A DNA stretch of 61,489 nucleotides, filler included, from Pirum gemmata (Eukaryota), in assembly GCA_002812295.1 (NCBI GenBank). It is 19 parts of 19 records of this genome, joined end to end, with 100 filler letters (N's around TTAATTAATTAA, not from the genome) between each part and the next. Parts side by side here need not be neighbours in the genome. Positions count along the whole stretch, not along the records: positions 1 to 6,174 come from PDIN01004502.1; positions 6,275 to 9,070 come from PDIN01004504.1; positions 9,171 to 12,617 come from PDIN01004505.1; 16 more parts are not named here. The stretch is one strand, 5' to 3'. The position numbers were made by a program, and so were the translations under genes. Positions 1 through 11,884 of the stretch are shown piece by piece. A model generated the notes under the pieces. It was not told the origin of the DNA and searched no databases. It saw only the letters and a program-made list of their open reading frames with translations. Position 1 is the stretch's first letter; every line of letters starts with the position of its first letter.

Positions 1-67
1 ATTATTTCAATAATTATTATATCATAATAATATTAATAAGGATAATTATTGATAATTAATATTACTA

Positions 68-102
<35 letters not shown>

Positions 103-660
103 TATTATTATTAATAATAAGGTTTCTAACGTTAACAGGGTGGGTTTTATTGATTTTGGAGTGATTTTCCTTATTTTTTAAATTTTGTTACAGTAGTTTG
201 GTATTTTTTTTTTTTTCTACTGCTAAATCATTTGTTATTATTTTTTTTTGATACTACTGGTACTACCTGGTACCCCCTTTAATATATATATATATAACAA
301 ATATGGGAAAAATTCGCCATTTTTTTCGGTAATTAAATATTATAATGGCGAAAATAACCTTTTTTTTACTATATATATATATAGTAATATTATGATAACA
401 ATAACAACAAAAAAATATTGGTAAGTATTGGGCTTAATTCTATATTTGGTTTATTTGTTATTATTCACAGGTATACTAATAACCAGTACTAGTAGCACGC
501 CCAAAAAGTATTCTTTATTCGAAATTTACAATTGGTATCAAAAAAATATACAGTTAAAGCAGCGAAAATTGCCCAAATAATAGAAAACCCAAGCCTAATA
601 ACACAACCGATACCAAAGTGAAAGTAGGATATTTTGGTATCCCTTATTTAAAGGGGTCGG

Positions 661-958
661 GGTTGGCATTGGGGTTGGCATTGGGGTTGGCATTGGGGTT
701 AGCACTGGGGTTGGCATTGGGGTTGGCATTGGGGCTGACATTGGGGTTGGCATTGGGGTTGGCATTGGGGTTGGCATTGGGGTTGGCATTGGGTGGCATT
801 GAGGTTGGTATTGGGGTTGGCATTGGGGTTGGCATTAGGGTTGGCATTGGGGTTGGCATTAGGGTTGGCATTAGGGTTGGCATTAGGGTTGGCATTGGGG
901 TTGGCATTGGGGTTGGCATTGGGGTTGGCATTGAGGTTGACGTTGGGGTTGGTATTGG
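661..958 (+). repeat. Telomere-like dodecamer array (TTGGGGTTGGCA / TTAGGGTTGGCA)n
   Basis: Read directly; explains the spurious GLAL/PTPM/ANPN ORFs. Confidence 0.9.
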
Positions 959-1012
959 GTGGTGGTGGTGGTGGGGGGGGGGTATTAATAAATTCGATTT
1001 TTAACAAAAAAC

Positions 1013-1440
1013 ACAAGTGGTGAAAGTAGGATATTTTGGTACGATAGAAATAAATAAATAATAATAAAAAAAAACATACTTTTCCTACTTTTCCTAGTCC
1101 CATAAATTCGCTTTTTTTTAAAAGAAAATACACAAGTGGATGAAAGTAGAATATTTTGGTAGGATATCTATTACTAAACCAATTTTTTTAAAAAAAAATC
1201 CTACTTTTCCAACATTTCCTACCCCACCCCCTCCCCCCTTCGTCCAAGTGGATGAAAGTAGAATATTTTGGTAGGATATCTATTACTAAACCAATTTTTT
1301 TTAAAAAAAATCCTACTTTTCCAACTTTTCCTACTTTTCCTACCCATAGAATATTTTGGTAGGATATCTATTACTTTTTTTTAAAAAAAAAATCCTACTT
1401 TTCCAACATTTCCTACCCCACCCCCTCCCACCTTTGTCCA
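1013..1440 (+). repeat. Local imperfect direct repeats (CAAGTGGATGAAAGTAGAATATTTTGGTAGGATATC...CCTACTTTTCC)
   Basis: Three to four partial copies near 1013, 1133, 1245 and 1347. Confidence 0.8.
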
Positions 1441-1909
1441 CTTTTTTTTTTCGTTTTTCTTCTTTTTTTACATGTAGGGTCTTTCAGATCAGCCTTGTAC
1501 TTTTTTGTCAATTTATTATCCATATAAGGTATTTATTATCCATATAAGGAATCCTTTCCATTCAAAATTCCTAAGTAGGAAAAATTCCAGCACCATTATT
1601 ACTACCAAAAGGTACATGCAGTCAATTTTCAAGGTCGATTCGAAAGGTTAGTTAACCGATTAGAAGAAGGGGGTGACTTATACCCTAACCCTAATCCTAA
1701 CCCTAATCCTAACCATACCCCTACCCTTACCCCCTCCCCTCTCTTACCCAGGATTATAATTGTCACTATACGGACTCACTGGAGTTGTCGTTTATTTCAT
1801 TGTTGTCAATCTTCTCCTATTAGATTTATTGTATCATCTTCAATAACTTCGGGTTCGGGCTCCTTTTTAAAAAAAAAATACGTAATAGAATCACAAAATA
1901 TATTAGCCA

Positions 1910-2314
1910 TAACAATAACAACAATAACAACAATAACAACAATAACAACAATAACAACAATAACAACAATAACAACAATAACAACAATAACAACAATAAC
2001 AACAATAACAACAATAACAACAATAACAACAATAACAACAATAACAATAATAACAATAATAACAACAATAAAAACAACAATAACAACAATAACAACAATA
2101 ACAACAAAAATAATAATACCATCAACAACAAAATACAACCATCACCACAACCATGAACCCTAACCACCAACCCTAACCCTTTTTTTCAAGTATGTAACAA
2201 ATCACAAAATATATAACAAAAACAGAAATTAGCCATAACAACAATAACAACAATAACAACAATATCAATAATAATAATAATAATAATAATAACCACAACC
2301 GCAATAACAAAATC

Positions 2315-2355
<41 letters not shown>

Positions 2356-2465
2356 CCATAACAACAACAACAACCATAACAACAACAAAATCTATAACTA
2401 CAACAACAAAAAACAACAACAACAGCAACTACTTCTACTACTTCTACTATTTCTTCTTCTTCTAA

Positions 2466-2525
<60 letters not shown>

Positions 2526-2534
2526 GCTACTACT
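1910..2534 (+). repeat. Compound microsatellite (ACAATAACA)n, (CAA)n, (CTA)n
   Basis: Read directly. Confidence 0.95.
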
Positions 2535-2761
2535 NNNNNNNNNNNNNNNNNNNNNNNNNNNNNNNNNNNNNNNNNNNNNNNNNNNNNNNNNNNNAATAAT
2601 AATAATAAATGTAATAATATTTTATATATATAATATTAAAATACTGATAATAGTAAGTATTAATTATTACTAATAATAAATGGAATAACAATAATAACAA
2701 TCGTAACCATTTTTTTTTAAATACTAATAATAATTAATAATAATAATTTTAAAAAATAAAC

Positions 2762-3053
2762 ATGACATCATATAAAATAAACGAAATAAAAGAATACTCA
2801 AATTCTATTAAAGAAAACGAGTATAGTTTGATGAAAGCAAGGGAAATCAATATACATAAAATAGCTGGGCAAAATTTTGGTTTTGATTTAGTTACAGTCA
2901 ATTCCAAAGTTTACATAGTTTTTGTCAAAGTTGGTCAATACCTTAGAAAATCATTGGTAATTGAACAAAACGTAATGAATGAAAGAATACAAAATGATGC
3001 TTCGTTAATGTTTAACAAAAAAGAAAGTGTTGAAGAAATATTAAATCACCACG

Positions 3054-3111
<58 letters not shown>

Positions 3112-4306
3112 GCAGCAGCAACAACAATTACCAGGTGAACTTGTATATCGACAAACTCCTGCATATAAAGCCGGCCTAAGTTTTGGTGATTGTTTGATTG
3201 CCATAGATGGGAAAGAAATACATACCATGACGATAGAACAAATTAACTATGTTTTAAAAACCAAAGATAGAGTAACCATAACCGTTGAAGACTGTTTATA
3301 TATCAATTTGGAGCATGAAGAATCTCCAGAATACATTTCTAGCCAAAATAAATTATTAAATCAGTATTATAATGAAGTATATCATAAAAATCAAAGAGAA
3401 GGTGGACAGCAACAACAACAACAACAACAACGAAATAATTACAATCATAATCACAAACAGCAGCAACAAAATAATAGCAATCATAATCACCACCAGCAAC
3501 AACAGCAACCACATCAACAACAACATTATCGTCATAATAATATTAATATTAGCAAGTACTTCGCCCTCCCACACCATAAGCAAAAAGTAAAAACTAATTT
3601 TTTTGAGGATACTGGTATCGTCAATTATATGGATCACGAAATAACTAACATTCAATCTTACTCACAAAGTAGTGAAACCAGCATACTAGAGCCTGGTCAG
3701 CGTATTATTGGAATAAATGGGAAAAGTATGTTAACTTATTCGTCTGAAGAAGTACGTCGAATTTGTAATCGCTTATGGCATAAAGGTGATGTTTGTATAT
3801 CAGTATTATCCAATACATTATGCAACGTTTTAATTACTTGTTTAAGGGAGTTAAGTATTGATGATTCCCAGATTAACGCAATTACCTTCACAGATACCCC
3901 ACGTCGTTTGATATTTACAAACAATGGGAATCACCACCACCACCATCATCAGCATCACCATCACCATCAGCAGCAATCTCGAGTTCATTTCTTTGGTAAT
4001 TATAATCAATCTCAATCGCAATCGCAATCACAACCACAACAAAGAGCACCACCAACTTTATCATCACCACCTTGTCACCCTCAAAGAAAATTAAGTGAGC
4101 CTATGGTTAGTATGCCAATGCAATCTATTTCTGAATTAGCTGTAAAACCCGAAGTAGGTGAAGATGACCAGCATCATAATCACAGTGACAGCGATTATAA
4201 GGGAATTTTTTCTTTTTTAAAAAGTAAATTAAAAAGAGCCAATACTCATAATAATTATGATAACAATCGTGATATTGTTGCGAGTACTGTTGCAGAACAA
4301 TTTTAG
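2762..4306 (+). CDS. Intronless tandem-PDZ protein, syntenin-like, with polyQ/His insertions
   Basis: 514-aa ORF; PDZ1 REINIHK..GQNFGFDL..VYIVFV / TPAYKAGLSFGDCLIAIDG..VTITVED (compare syntenin SPASLVGLRFGDQVLQING); PDZ2 ..LEPGQRIIGINGKSM.. Confidence 0.75.
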
Positions 4307-4551
4307 TATATTATAATTATTATCATTACTATTATGTTATTCCTTTAATTTTAATATTAACACTGATAATAATAACGAATAATAATGAAAATAATAATTA
4401 ATTAAAATAATTTAATTGAAAGAACAATTTTGTAAGTTGTTTTGTAATAAATCATCCTGGATAAATAATAATAATGTATTTTTTTATTTTTTTATTTTTT
4501 TGTTTTTCTATGCATATGATATAATTTAATAATAATATTAATATTAATATA

Positions 4552-4589
<38 letters not shown>

Positions 4590-4592
4590 CAG

Positions 4593-4680
4593 GTTGATGT
4601 AGTTATTCAATGTGAGCCACCGAAAGATAGTGACACATATGTACATCGGTCTGGGCGTACGGGAAGGGCTGGGCAGAAAG
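4593..4680 (+). CDS. DDX21: Internal exon of DDX21/DDX50-like nucleolar DEAD-box helicase (motif VI)
   Basis: cag|[30 protein letters not shown]|gt; not shown in the ORF track in this frame. Confidence 0.9.
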
Positions 4681-5012
4681 GTTATTCTCGTTTTATTGTC
4701 TTTATCAACCATCACCACCATCACCATCACCGCCACCAACTACCACCATAACGGTCACCACCATCACCGCCACCACCACCATCACGACCATCACGACCAT
4801 CACCACCATCACCACCATCACCACCATCATAGCTCACTACCACCACCATCACGTCCATCACCATCACCAACATCACCATCACCATCACCACCAGTACCAG
4901 TACTTGCACCATCACCAACTACCATCATAACGTTCACCATCACCACCACCATAACCACCATAATCATTATCACCATAATAACCATATTAACCATTATCAC
5001 CATCATAATAAG

Positions 5013-5284
5013 GTATTTGTGTTACATTTTACAAACCTGAACAAGAATGGGCTTTAAAGGCAATTGAAAAAAAGACAGGTACACCAATCAAAAGAATTAG
5101 CGCTCCTCAACCCGAAGACCTAATGAAAGCGATTGGACAAGAAGCGAAAAAATCGCTAGAAAAAGTTTCGGAGAGTATTTTGCCGCATTTTGAAGATATT
5201 GCAAAAGAATTGATCGAAAGTAAAGGTGCTTCAAAAGCCTTGGCTGCTGCACTTGCGCATATTTCGGGGTATACTGAAATTAAG
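5013..5284 (+). CDS. DDX21: Next exon of DDX21/DDX50-like helicase
   Basis: Phase-compatible with the 4593-4680 exon: GICVTFYKPEQE...ALAAALAHISGYTEIK|gttagt; ALAAALAHISG matches DDX21 just before the GUCT domain. Confidence 0.9.
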
Positions 5285-5301
5285 GTTAGTGTTAATTTTG
5301 G

Positions 5302-5360
<59 letters not shown>

Positions 5361-5361
5361 N

Positions 5362-5690
5362 CTAACCCTAACCCTAACCTTAACCCTAACCCTAACCCTA
5401 ACCCTAACCCTAACCTTAACCCTAACCTTAACCCTCACCCTCACCCTAACCTTAACCTTGATTTTGATCTTGACCTTAACATTAACCTTGACCCTGACCT
5501 TAACGTTATCCTTAACCCTAACCTTCACCCTAACCCTAACCTTAACCTTAGCCTTAACCTTAACCTTAACCTTAACCTTAGCCTTTAACCCTTAACCCGT
5601 AACCCTTAACCCTTAACCATAACTATAACCATAACCATAACCATAACCATTAACCATAACCATAACCATAACCATAACCATAACCATAAT
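5362..5690 (+). repeat. Intronic (TAACCC/TAACCT/TAACCA)n telomere-type array
   Basis: Read directly; lies between helicase exons. Confidence 0.9.
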
Positions 5691-5815
5691 CAAAACAGTC
5701 AACATGAATAAGAATAATTATAACTATTACAGTCATTTTTGTTTAATTTAATAGTTATTATAATTCTCATAACACATTTTTACTAATTTATCATTCATGT
5801 TTAATATTATTAAAG

Positions 5816-6066
5816 GTACAACTCTTACCACAACTTGCATATATGGTGGTGTGGCTTATGACCCTCAGGAAACGGCGTTTAGAAAGGGGTTAGATGTTGT
5901 AGTTGGTACCCCTGGAAGGGTTTTAGACCACATTAATAAAGGTACTTTAAAAGTTGATAATTTATCATTTATTTGTTTAGATGAAGCGGACCAAATGTTA
6001 GATATTGGATTTAAGGATTCAATGGATTCTATTTTACAAGTAGCAGCTCCAAGTGGGAATTCTAAT
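5816..6066 (+). CDS. DDX21: DEAD-box helicase exon with GG, motif Ib and motif II (DEAD), DDX21-like
   Basis: ag|GTTLTTTCIYGGVAYDPQ..DVVVGTPGRVLDH..LDEADQMLDIGF..SN|gtaagt. Confidence 0.85.
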
Positions 6067-6174
6067 GTAAGTATTTGATTTGATTATTTTTAATTTTATT
6101 TATTTATTTAATTTTAATTTTATTTATTTATTGATTTATATTTTAATTGTTATTATTATTATTATTATTATTAT

Positions 6175-6274
6175 NNNNNNNNNNNNNNNNNNNNNNNNNN
6201 NNNNNNNNNNNNNNNNNNTTAATTAATTAANNNNNNNNNNNNNNNNNNNNNNNNNNNNNNNNNNNNNNNNNNNN
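6175..6274. other. Artificial scaffold linker (N44-TTAATTAATTAA-N44), representative copy
   Basis: Same six-frame-stop 12-mer flanked by N runs recurs near 9071, 12618, 15491, 18391, 21986, 24879, 27807, 30704, 33602, 36530, 39457, 42393, 45320, 48247, 51163, 55698 and 58564; intervening pieces are mostly ~2.8 kb, consistent with size-sorted contigs. Confidence 0.97.
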
Positions 6275-6620
6275 ATTATTATTATTATTTACTATTATTT
6301 ATTATTATTATTATTTTATTATTATACTACGTATACCTGCTATATACTATTTATTATGATATGAATTCTTTTTTATTTCCTAAAAATGACGCACTAATAA
6401 TAAATGACGTTTTTAGCTTTGGAGAGGGGTTTGAATGTTTTGATTTGTGTTCTTATATTATAACAAACAAATCGTCTTTGTACCTCTCCCGGACAAAAAC
6501 ATACATCATTTTTGTTAAATCGTCATTTCCACAGTTTTTCACTATTCCTTGAAATTATGATATTTATTGTTATTATTTTCGTTATTATGATTATTATGAT
6601 TATTATTATCATTAATAAAT

Positions 6621-6653
<33 letters not shown>

Positions 6654-7283
6654 GTATTATTATTATAATTAGTATTATTATTATTATTAGTATTATTGCT
6701 GTTGTTGTTGTTTTCATTGTTATTATTATTATTTATATTATTGTTGTTGTTATGTTTTTAATTAATATTATATATTCATCAGTATGTTAAAAATAGTTAA
6801 AAATAGTTGTATACTTTGTCCTCAAAAATTCTACATTAAAAATGATTTTGCTATGTTTTTTTATTGATTATTATTATCGATATTATGTTTTTTTAAAAGA
6901 AATGTTTTTAATTGTTTTTGAAATTTTAAATGCTCACAAAAAAAGCTCTAAAAGGGTCAATTATATGTTGTTCTAATTTAAAGTACCAAACATGTAGGAC
7001 TCTGTAGATACGGTCGTTGTGTATACCGGTAGAGCTAGCTAGCTAGCTAGGGTTAAAGTTAAGTGTTCACGATTTAGATTATAGTTAAGCTTATCCTTAT
7101 AAGTATGTTTAGCTCTGGGTTTAGGCTATGTTCCACGTTAATAAGGCTAGAGACTGTTAGGGTTAAAAAAAAAAAAATTTTTTACTAATTAATGCAAAGT
7201 AAAGTTATTTAATTTTGTTAGTTTTTTAAAAAAAAATTAGCTTTATTATTTTTTTATTATTAATATTAAAGTATTTATCAAGC

Positions 7284-7757
7284 TCAACCTATTATCGTTG
7301 AATTCTTTTTGTTGGAAAAAGTCATACGTTTCACTTTATGTCTAAAATTTCCCCTCTCCTTAAACTTATTCGTGTTGTTATGGTTTTCATAAATATTGTC
7401 ATCGACGTCAATAACCGGCTTGGTATTACCTAAAGTTGCAGCTGGTATTTCACTTTTTGAGTTTTTTAGGTAATCTTTTTTGTTCAATGAGCTATTAGAT
7501 TTGAATAGATTGCTAGCTGATTTTAAAGAATTAATTCTAAATAGTGATAGTGATTGCGCAGATTTCGTTGACTTGACCGTAGGAGCTGGAGATGCAGCTA
7601 CTGGGGATGGATTTTGTTGTAATAGTTGTTCTGGTACATGTACAGTTACATCTTGTTGTTGTTGTTGTTGTTGTTGTTGGTTTACTAACTGTAGAATCAT
7701 ATCACTTTCTAACTGTTCTTCTTCTTCTTTTTCTTCTATCACTTCTATCACTTCTAC

Positions 7758-7789
<32 letters not shown>

Positions 7790-8435
7790 CTATTACTACC
7801 AGACCTTCCTGTCCTTCTTCTTCTTCTTCTAGATGTTCTACCTCTTCGTCTTCTACTTCTACGTCTTCTACTTCTACGGTTTCCACTTCTACGACTGTTT
7901 CTGTTTCTGTTTCTGTTTCTGTTTCTGTTTCTTCTATATCTTTTTCGCGATCTAATTGTTCTAATAATGACTCCCTTTCTTGTAAATGTTCTTGTTCATC
8001 TGAACTATCAGAATCCTCATAGAAATTATCTTGGGTGGTAGACATGGCAGGAAATGAATTAGTAACCCTTAAAACAGTATGACTATGACTGTTGTTCATA
8101 TCATTATTAGCATTATTACTGCTATTATTGTAATTATTTATACCATTACCATCACTAAATGTTCTTTTAATAGAAGTAGTTTTCTTTTTAGGCCTAGGGG
8201 GTATAATAATACCATTTTTATGGAATTTATATAATAAGAAATCAACTTCTCCCTCGCTATCAGAAGAGCAAGATTCGATATCTGCCTCTTCTCCTGTACG
8301 AGTTTCACTGTCACTGTTTTGATTGTTAATAAAACTAGTATGAAGACTACTATTTTCCAAAATATTCTCCAAAAGCTCATTGTTATTGTACAAAATCACA
8401 TTATTATTGTTGTTGTTAATATTATTCTTATCATT

Positions 8436-8478
<43 letters not shown>

Positions 8479-9053
8479 ATATTAGTATTAGTATTAGTAT
8501 TGTTATAGTTATTGTTAATATTATTAATAAGATCAGAAATACTATTACTATTCACCTTGACATTAGAATTACCATTAACAAAATCATCACATTCACTATC
8601 ACATTCGCTATCACTACAATGAACACCTGAATCTTCCTCATCTTCATCAATCATGCTAGTATCAGTGCCAACAACAACATCATCATCGTTAATGTCAATA
8701 TTTTCACTAGTAATAAATTTTGTTTTGTTATTATTAATTTTGTTAATTTTTTGATTAAACTCCTCTTCAGTGTAAGTTGAACTAATTAATAATAACTTTT
8801 CCAAAGAATCGCGCTGCCGATTCAACTTGGAGTAATAGAACTTTCTATCCATAGCTATATCAGTTAGTTTTATATGATCTTCTGTATTTGTATTATGATA
8901 AGCAACAAGTAGTTTGTTAAGCTCTTCAGTATCGTCAATTATGGAGTTTGTAATATTTAATATCTCGTCCCCCCATAAAGTATTTCTGACGTAGTGTGCT
9001 AAAGCTCTTTCCGAAATGATTTTGGTATCACTCTCTCTTTCCACGTATACCAT
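7284..9053 (-). CDS. Intronless acidic/Asn-rich low-complexity protein, unknown function
   Basis: 589-aa uninterrupted ORF with complex N- and C-terminal segments. Confidence 0.75.
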
Positions 9054-9170
9054 TATTAATTATTAATTATNNNNNNNNNNNNNNNNNNNNNNNNNNNNNN
9101 NNNNNNNNNNNNNNTTAATTAATTAANNNNNNNNNNNNNNNNNNNNNNNNNNNNNNNNNNNNNNNNNNNN

Positions 9171-9839
9171 TAAAGGTGGTAAAAATTCAAAGAATTGACT
9201 ACCAATACACTTTTTAAAGTGATGGCTGAGTCAAAAGGGTTAGAGTTAAATAAAAGTTACATTTACTTGTACTATAAAAAATGTAAAGGTGGTAAAAATT
9301 CAAAGAATTTACTACCGATACACTTTTTAAAGTGATGACTGAGTAAAAAGGGTTAGAGTTAAATAAAAGTTACATTTACTTGTACTATAAAAAATGTAAA
9401 GGTGGTAAAAATTCAAAGAATTTACTACCGATACACTTTTTAAAGTGATGGCTGAGTAAAAAGGATTAGAGTTAAATAAAAGTTACATTTACTTGTACTA
9501 TAAAAAATGTAAAGGTGGTAAAAATTCAAAGAATTTACTACCGATACACTTTTTAAAGTGATGGCTGAGTAAAAAGGGTTAGAGTTAAATAAAAGTTACA
9601 TTTATTTGCACTATAAAAAATGTAAAGGTAGTGAAAATTCAAAGAATTTACTACCGACACAATTTTTAAAGTGATGGTGGCTGAGTAAAAAGGGTTAAGA
9701 GTTAAATAAAAGTTACATTTACTTGTACTATAAAAAATGTAAAGGTAAAAATTCAAAGGATTTACTACCGATACAATTTTTAAACTGATGACTGAGTAAA
9801 AAAGATTAGGGTTAAATAAAAGTCACATTTACTTGTACA
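9171..9839 (+). repeat. 113-bp tandem satellite, about 6 copies
   Basis: TAAAGGTGGTAAAAATTCAAAG unit starts at 9171, 9284, 9397, 9510 (113-bp period). Confidence 0.95.
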
Positions 9840-10272
9840 NAACCCTAACCCAACTACCATTATATCCACCACCCCTAACCTAGCTAGCTAGCTAACCCAA
9901 CCAATGATATGATAATATCATACAAACGCTAAAAAAGTAACAAATATTTCTACTATCATAGAATAATTATTATTTACTAATTATTAATAAGTGTATAATA
10001 TTATAATACTATTATAATATAATTTATATTTCTGACAAATATTTTTTTTTTGTTTTTGATTGGTTTAAAAAAGTGTTTTTTAATTATTAATATTGGAGTT
10101 AAAAATAATAGGCTAATGCTGTCCTAACCTGACCAATCATGGTTGACCAAGTTCTAGTGTTTGTTATCGATTATTTTTCCTTCAGTTTTCCTTCGATGTT
10201 TTTTCATCACAAACATTTTTTTTTTTAAAAAATAAAATAATTTACCCAAAAAAAATTATCGATGTGCTGTAA

Positions 10273-10386
10273 GGGAGCGTTCAATAATTACGTAACGCCG
10301 ATTTGGGACAAAAACCTACCCTACTACCCCCCATGTAACGGCCTGTCACGTTTGAGAAGGACTACCTACCCCTTATGACGTAACGA
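10273..10386 (+). mobile_element. Harbinger-like MITE end, subfamily B
   Basis: TAA|GGGAGCGTTCAATAATTACGTAACG; near-identical reverse copy at 39557-39661 ending ...GAACGCTCCC|TTA. Confidence 0.7.
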
Positions 10387-11269
10387 TAATATAAATCTCT
10401 AATATTAATTAATAGTTTCTAATGCCCATGTGTATTTTTATCATCGCATTATTTATCTTCTAAAGCCTCAATTTGGCCTTGAATACTGATTGTTTGGTTC
10501 TCTCAATGTGCCAGTTAAACCTAACACAGTAGCCCTTAGAGTCCTGGGGAGTCCTGGGGAGTCCTGGGGTATTAGACTCAGCAGCGTCAGTGTGGTGGGG
10601 ATTTGGAAAAGCTGTCACTGTGGGCTTTGTAGTGGTTAGTTAGGAGTTATGGGAGCTAAGACAATATTATATACTAAGTTGTTCTAGAGATTACGAAAGC
10701 ATTTTCTTTAATACTACTGTTGTGTACAGTGTACAGGACGTGGTGTTGTGCTAGTATAGGGCTATGAGCCATCACCTTCTGAGAATCTCGATACAAGTAT
10801 TTTTTACTGACCTTCACAAAACAAAAGTAAAATACCCGAAAACCAACAAGTTTTCTTCAGAATCGATTCACAAAAACAAAAGTAACAATAACCTAAAAAC
10901 CAACAACAACAACAACAACAATACAATATAATCATTATGGAAACACATTGAATACTCTAGCTGCAACAGCAACAGTTTAAGTCTAAACTTTGTTATTAAT
11001 AAAGACATCATACATAGAACTTATTAATTAATTTCATTATTCATATATGTTTTTTTAATTGTAAGTAAATTGATTCTAATTAATTTGATTAAGTTTTATG
11101 CTGTTTCGTTATGTTATATATTATAATAGTTAGCTTAAAATTATGTTTTATTTTTTTAATAAAAAATAATTTTCCAATGCATGTAACAAAAAAAAAATAA
11201 AATAATAATAATAAAAAAAAATAATAAGTATTGCTGAATTTGTGACAAATTTCATAAGAGAATAACCCT

Positions 11270-11490
11270 AACCAACCCATAACCCTAGCCCATAAACCAT
11301 AAACCATAAACCATAAACCATAAACCATAAACCATAAACTATAAACTATAAACTACAACCTATAAACAACTCCATTAAATTAACCATAAATCATAAATCA
11401 TAAACCATAAACCATAAACCATAAAACATAAACCATAAACCATAAACCATAACCCTAGCCCATTAACCATAAATCATTCATAACCCTATA
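11270..11490 (+). repeat. (TAAACCA)n heptamer array flanked by TAACCC units
   Basis: Read directly. Confidence 0.85.
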
Positions 11491-11735
11491 GGCCTCCTCA
11501 TAATATTAATCTCTAATACCTAACAACTCGTAGAAGTGTTCCTCAAGCAACAACTACCTAACTTCAGTTGCTCAATAGCTATCTTGCTTCTTGAGAAATT
11601 TGAGTTGGAAACCCCTTTGCTCCCCACCCTTCGTTCCAGTAAAAATGTAGTCTATATATTGTAATTATAAGCTATATTAATATTAATATAAAAATCTAAA
11701 CAAAAACAATAAATAAATAAATACAAAAAAAAAGG

Positions 11736-11742
11736 TATAAAA
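11736..11742 (+). promoter_or_regulatory. Possible TATA box
   Basis: GG-TATAAAA-ACGGC about 150 bp upstream of the ATG at 11885; weak evidence in an AT-rich genome. Confidence 0.25.
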
Positions 11743-11884
11743 ACGGCAGGAGCAAGACCAAAAACAAGAGAAAAAATCAAATCACTCAAATCTACATTAG
11801 CAAAAATAAAAAAAATAAAATATTATAACAATTATTTTTTAACCAATTTTTTAAAAAAAGAAAAAAGAAAAGCAAAAAGAAAAA

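Noticed and set aside
595..2428. Many poly-L/V/I/T and LTLT/GLGL ORFs across the window
   Set aside because: Translations of microsatellites and TAACCC arrays, or antisense shadows of real genes
6219..6230. Regularly spaced TTAATTAATTAA palindromes as a biological periodic signal or nanochromosome boundary
   Set aside because: Always embedded in fixed-length N runs; an assembly linker with stops in all frames
6336..6547. Minus-strand exon GIVKNCGNDDLTKMMYVFVRERYKDDLFVII
   Set aside because: Plausible acceptor but no partner exon or recognisable homology
9171..9839. CRISPR-like array (also considered for 30178-30381 and 45457-45975)
   Set aside because: Units repeat in full with no unique spacers; eukaryotic context and no cas genes
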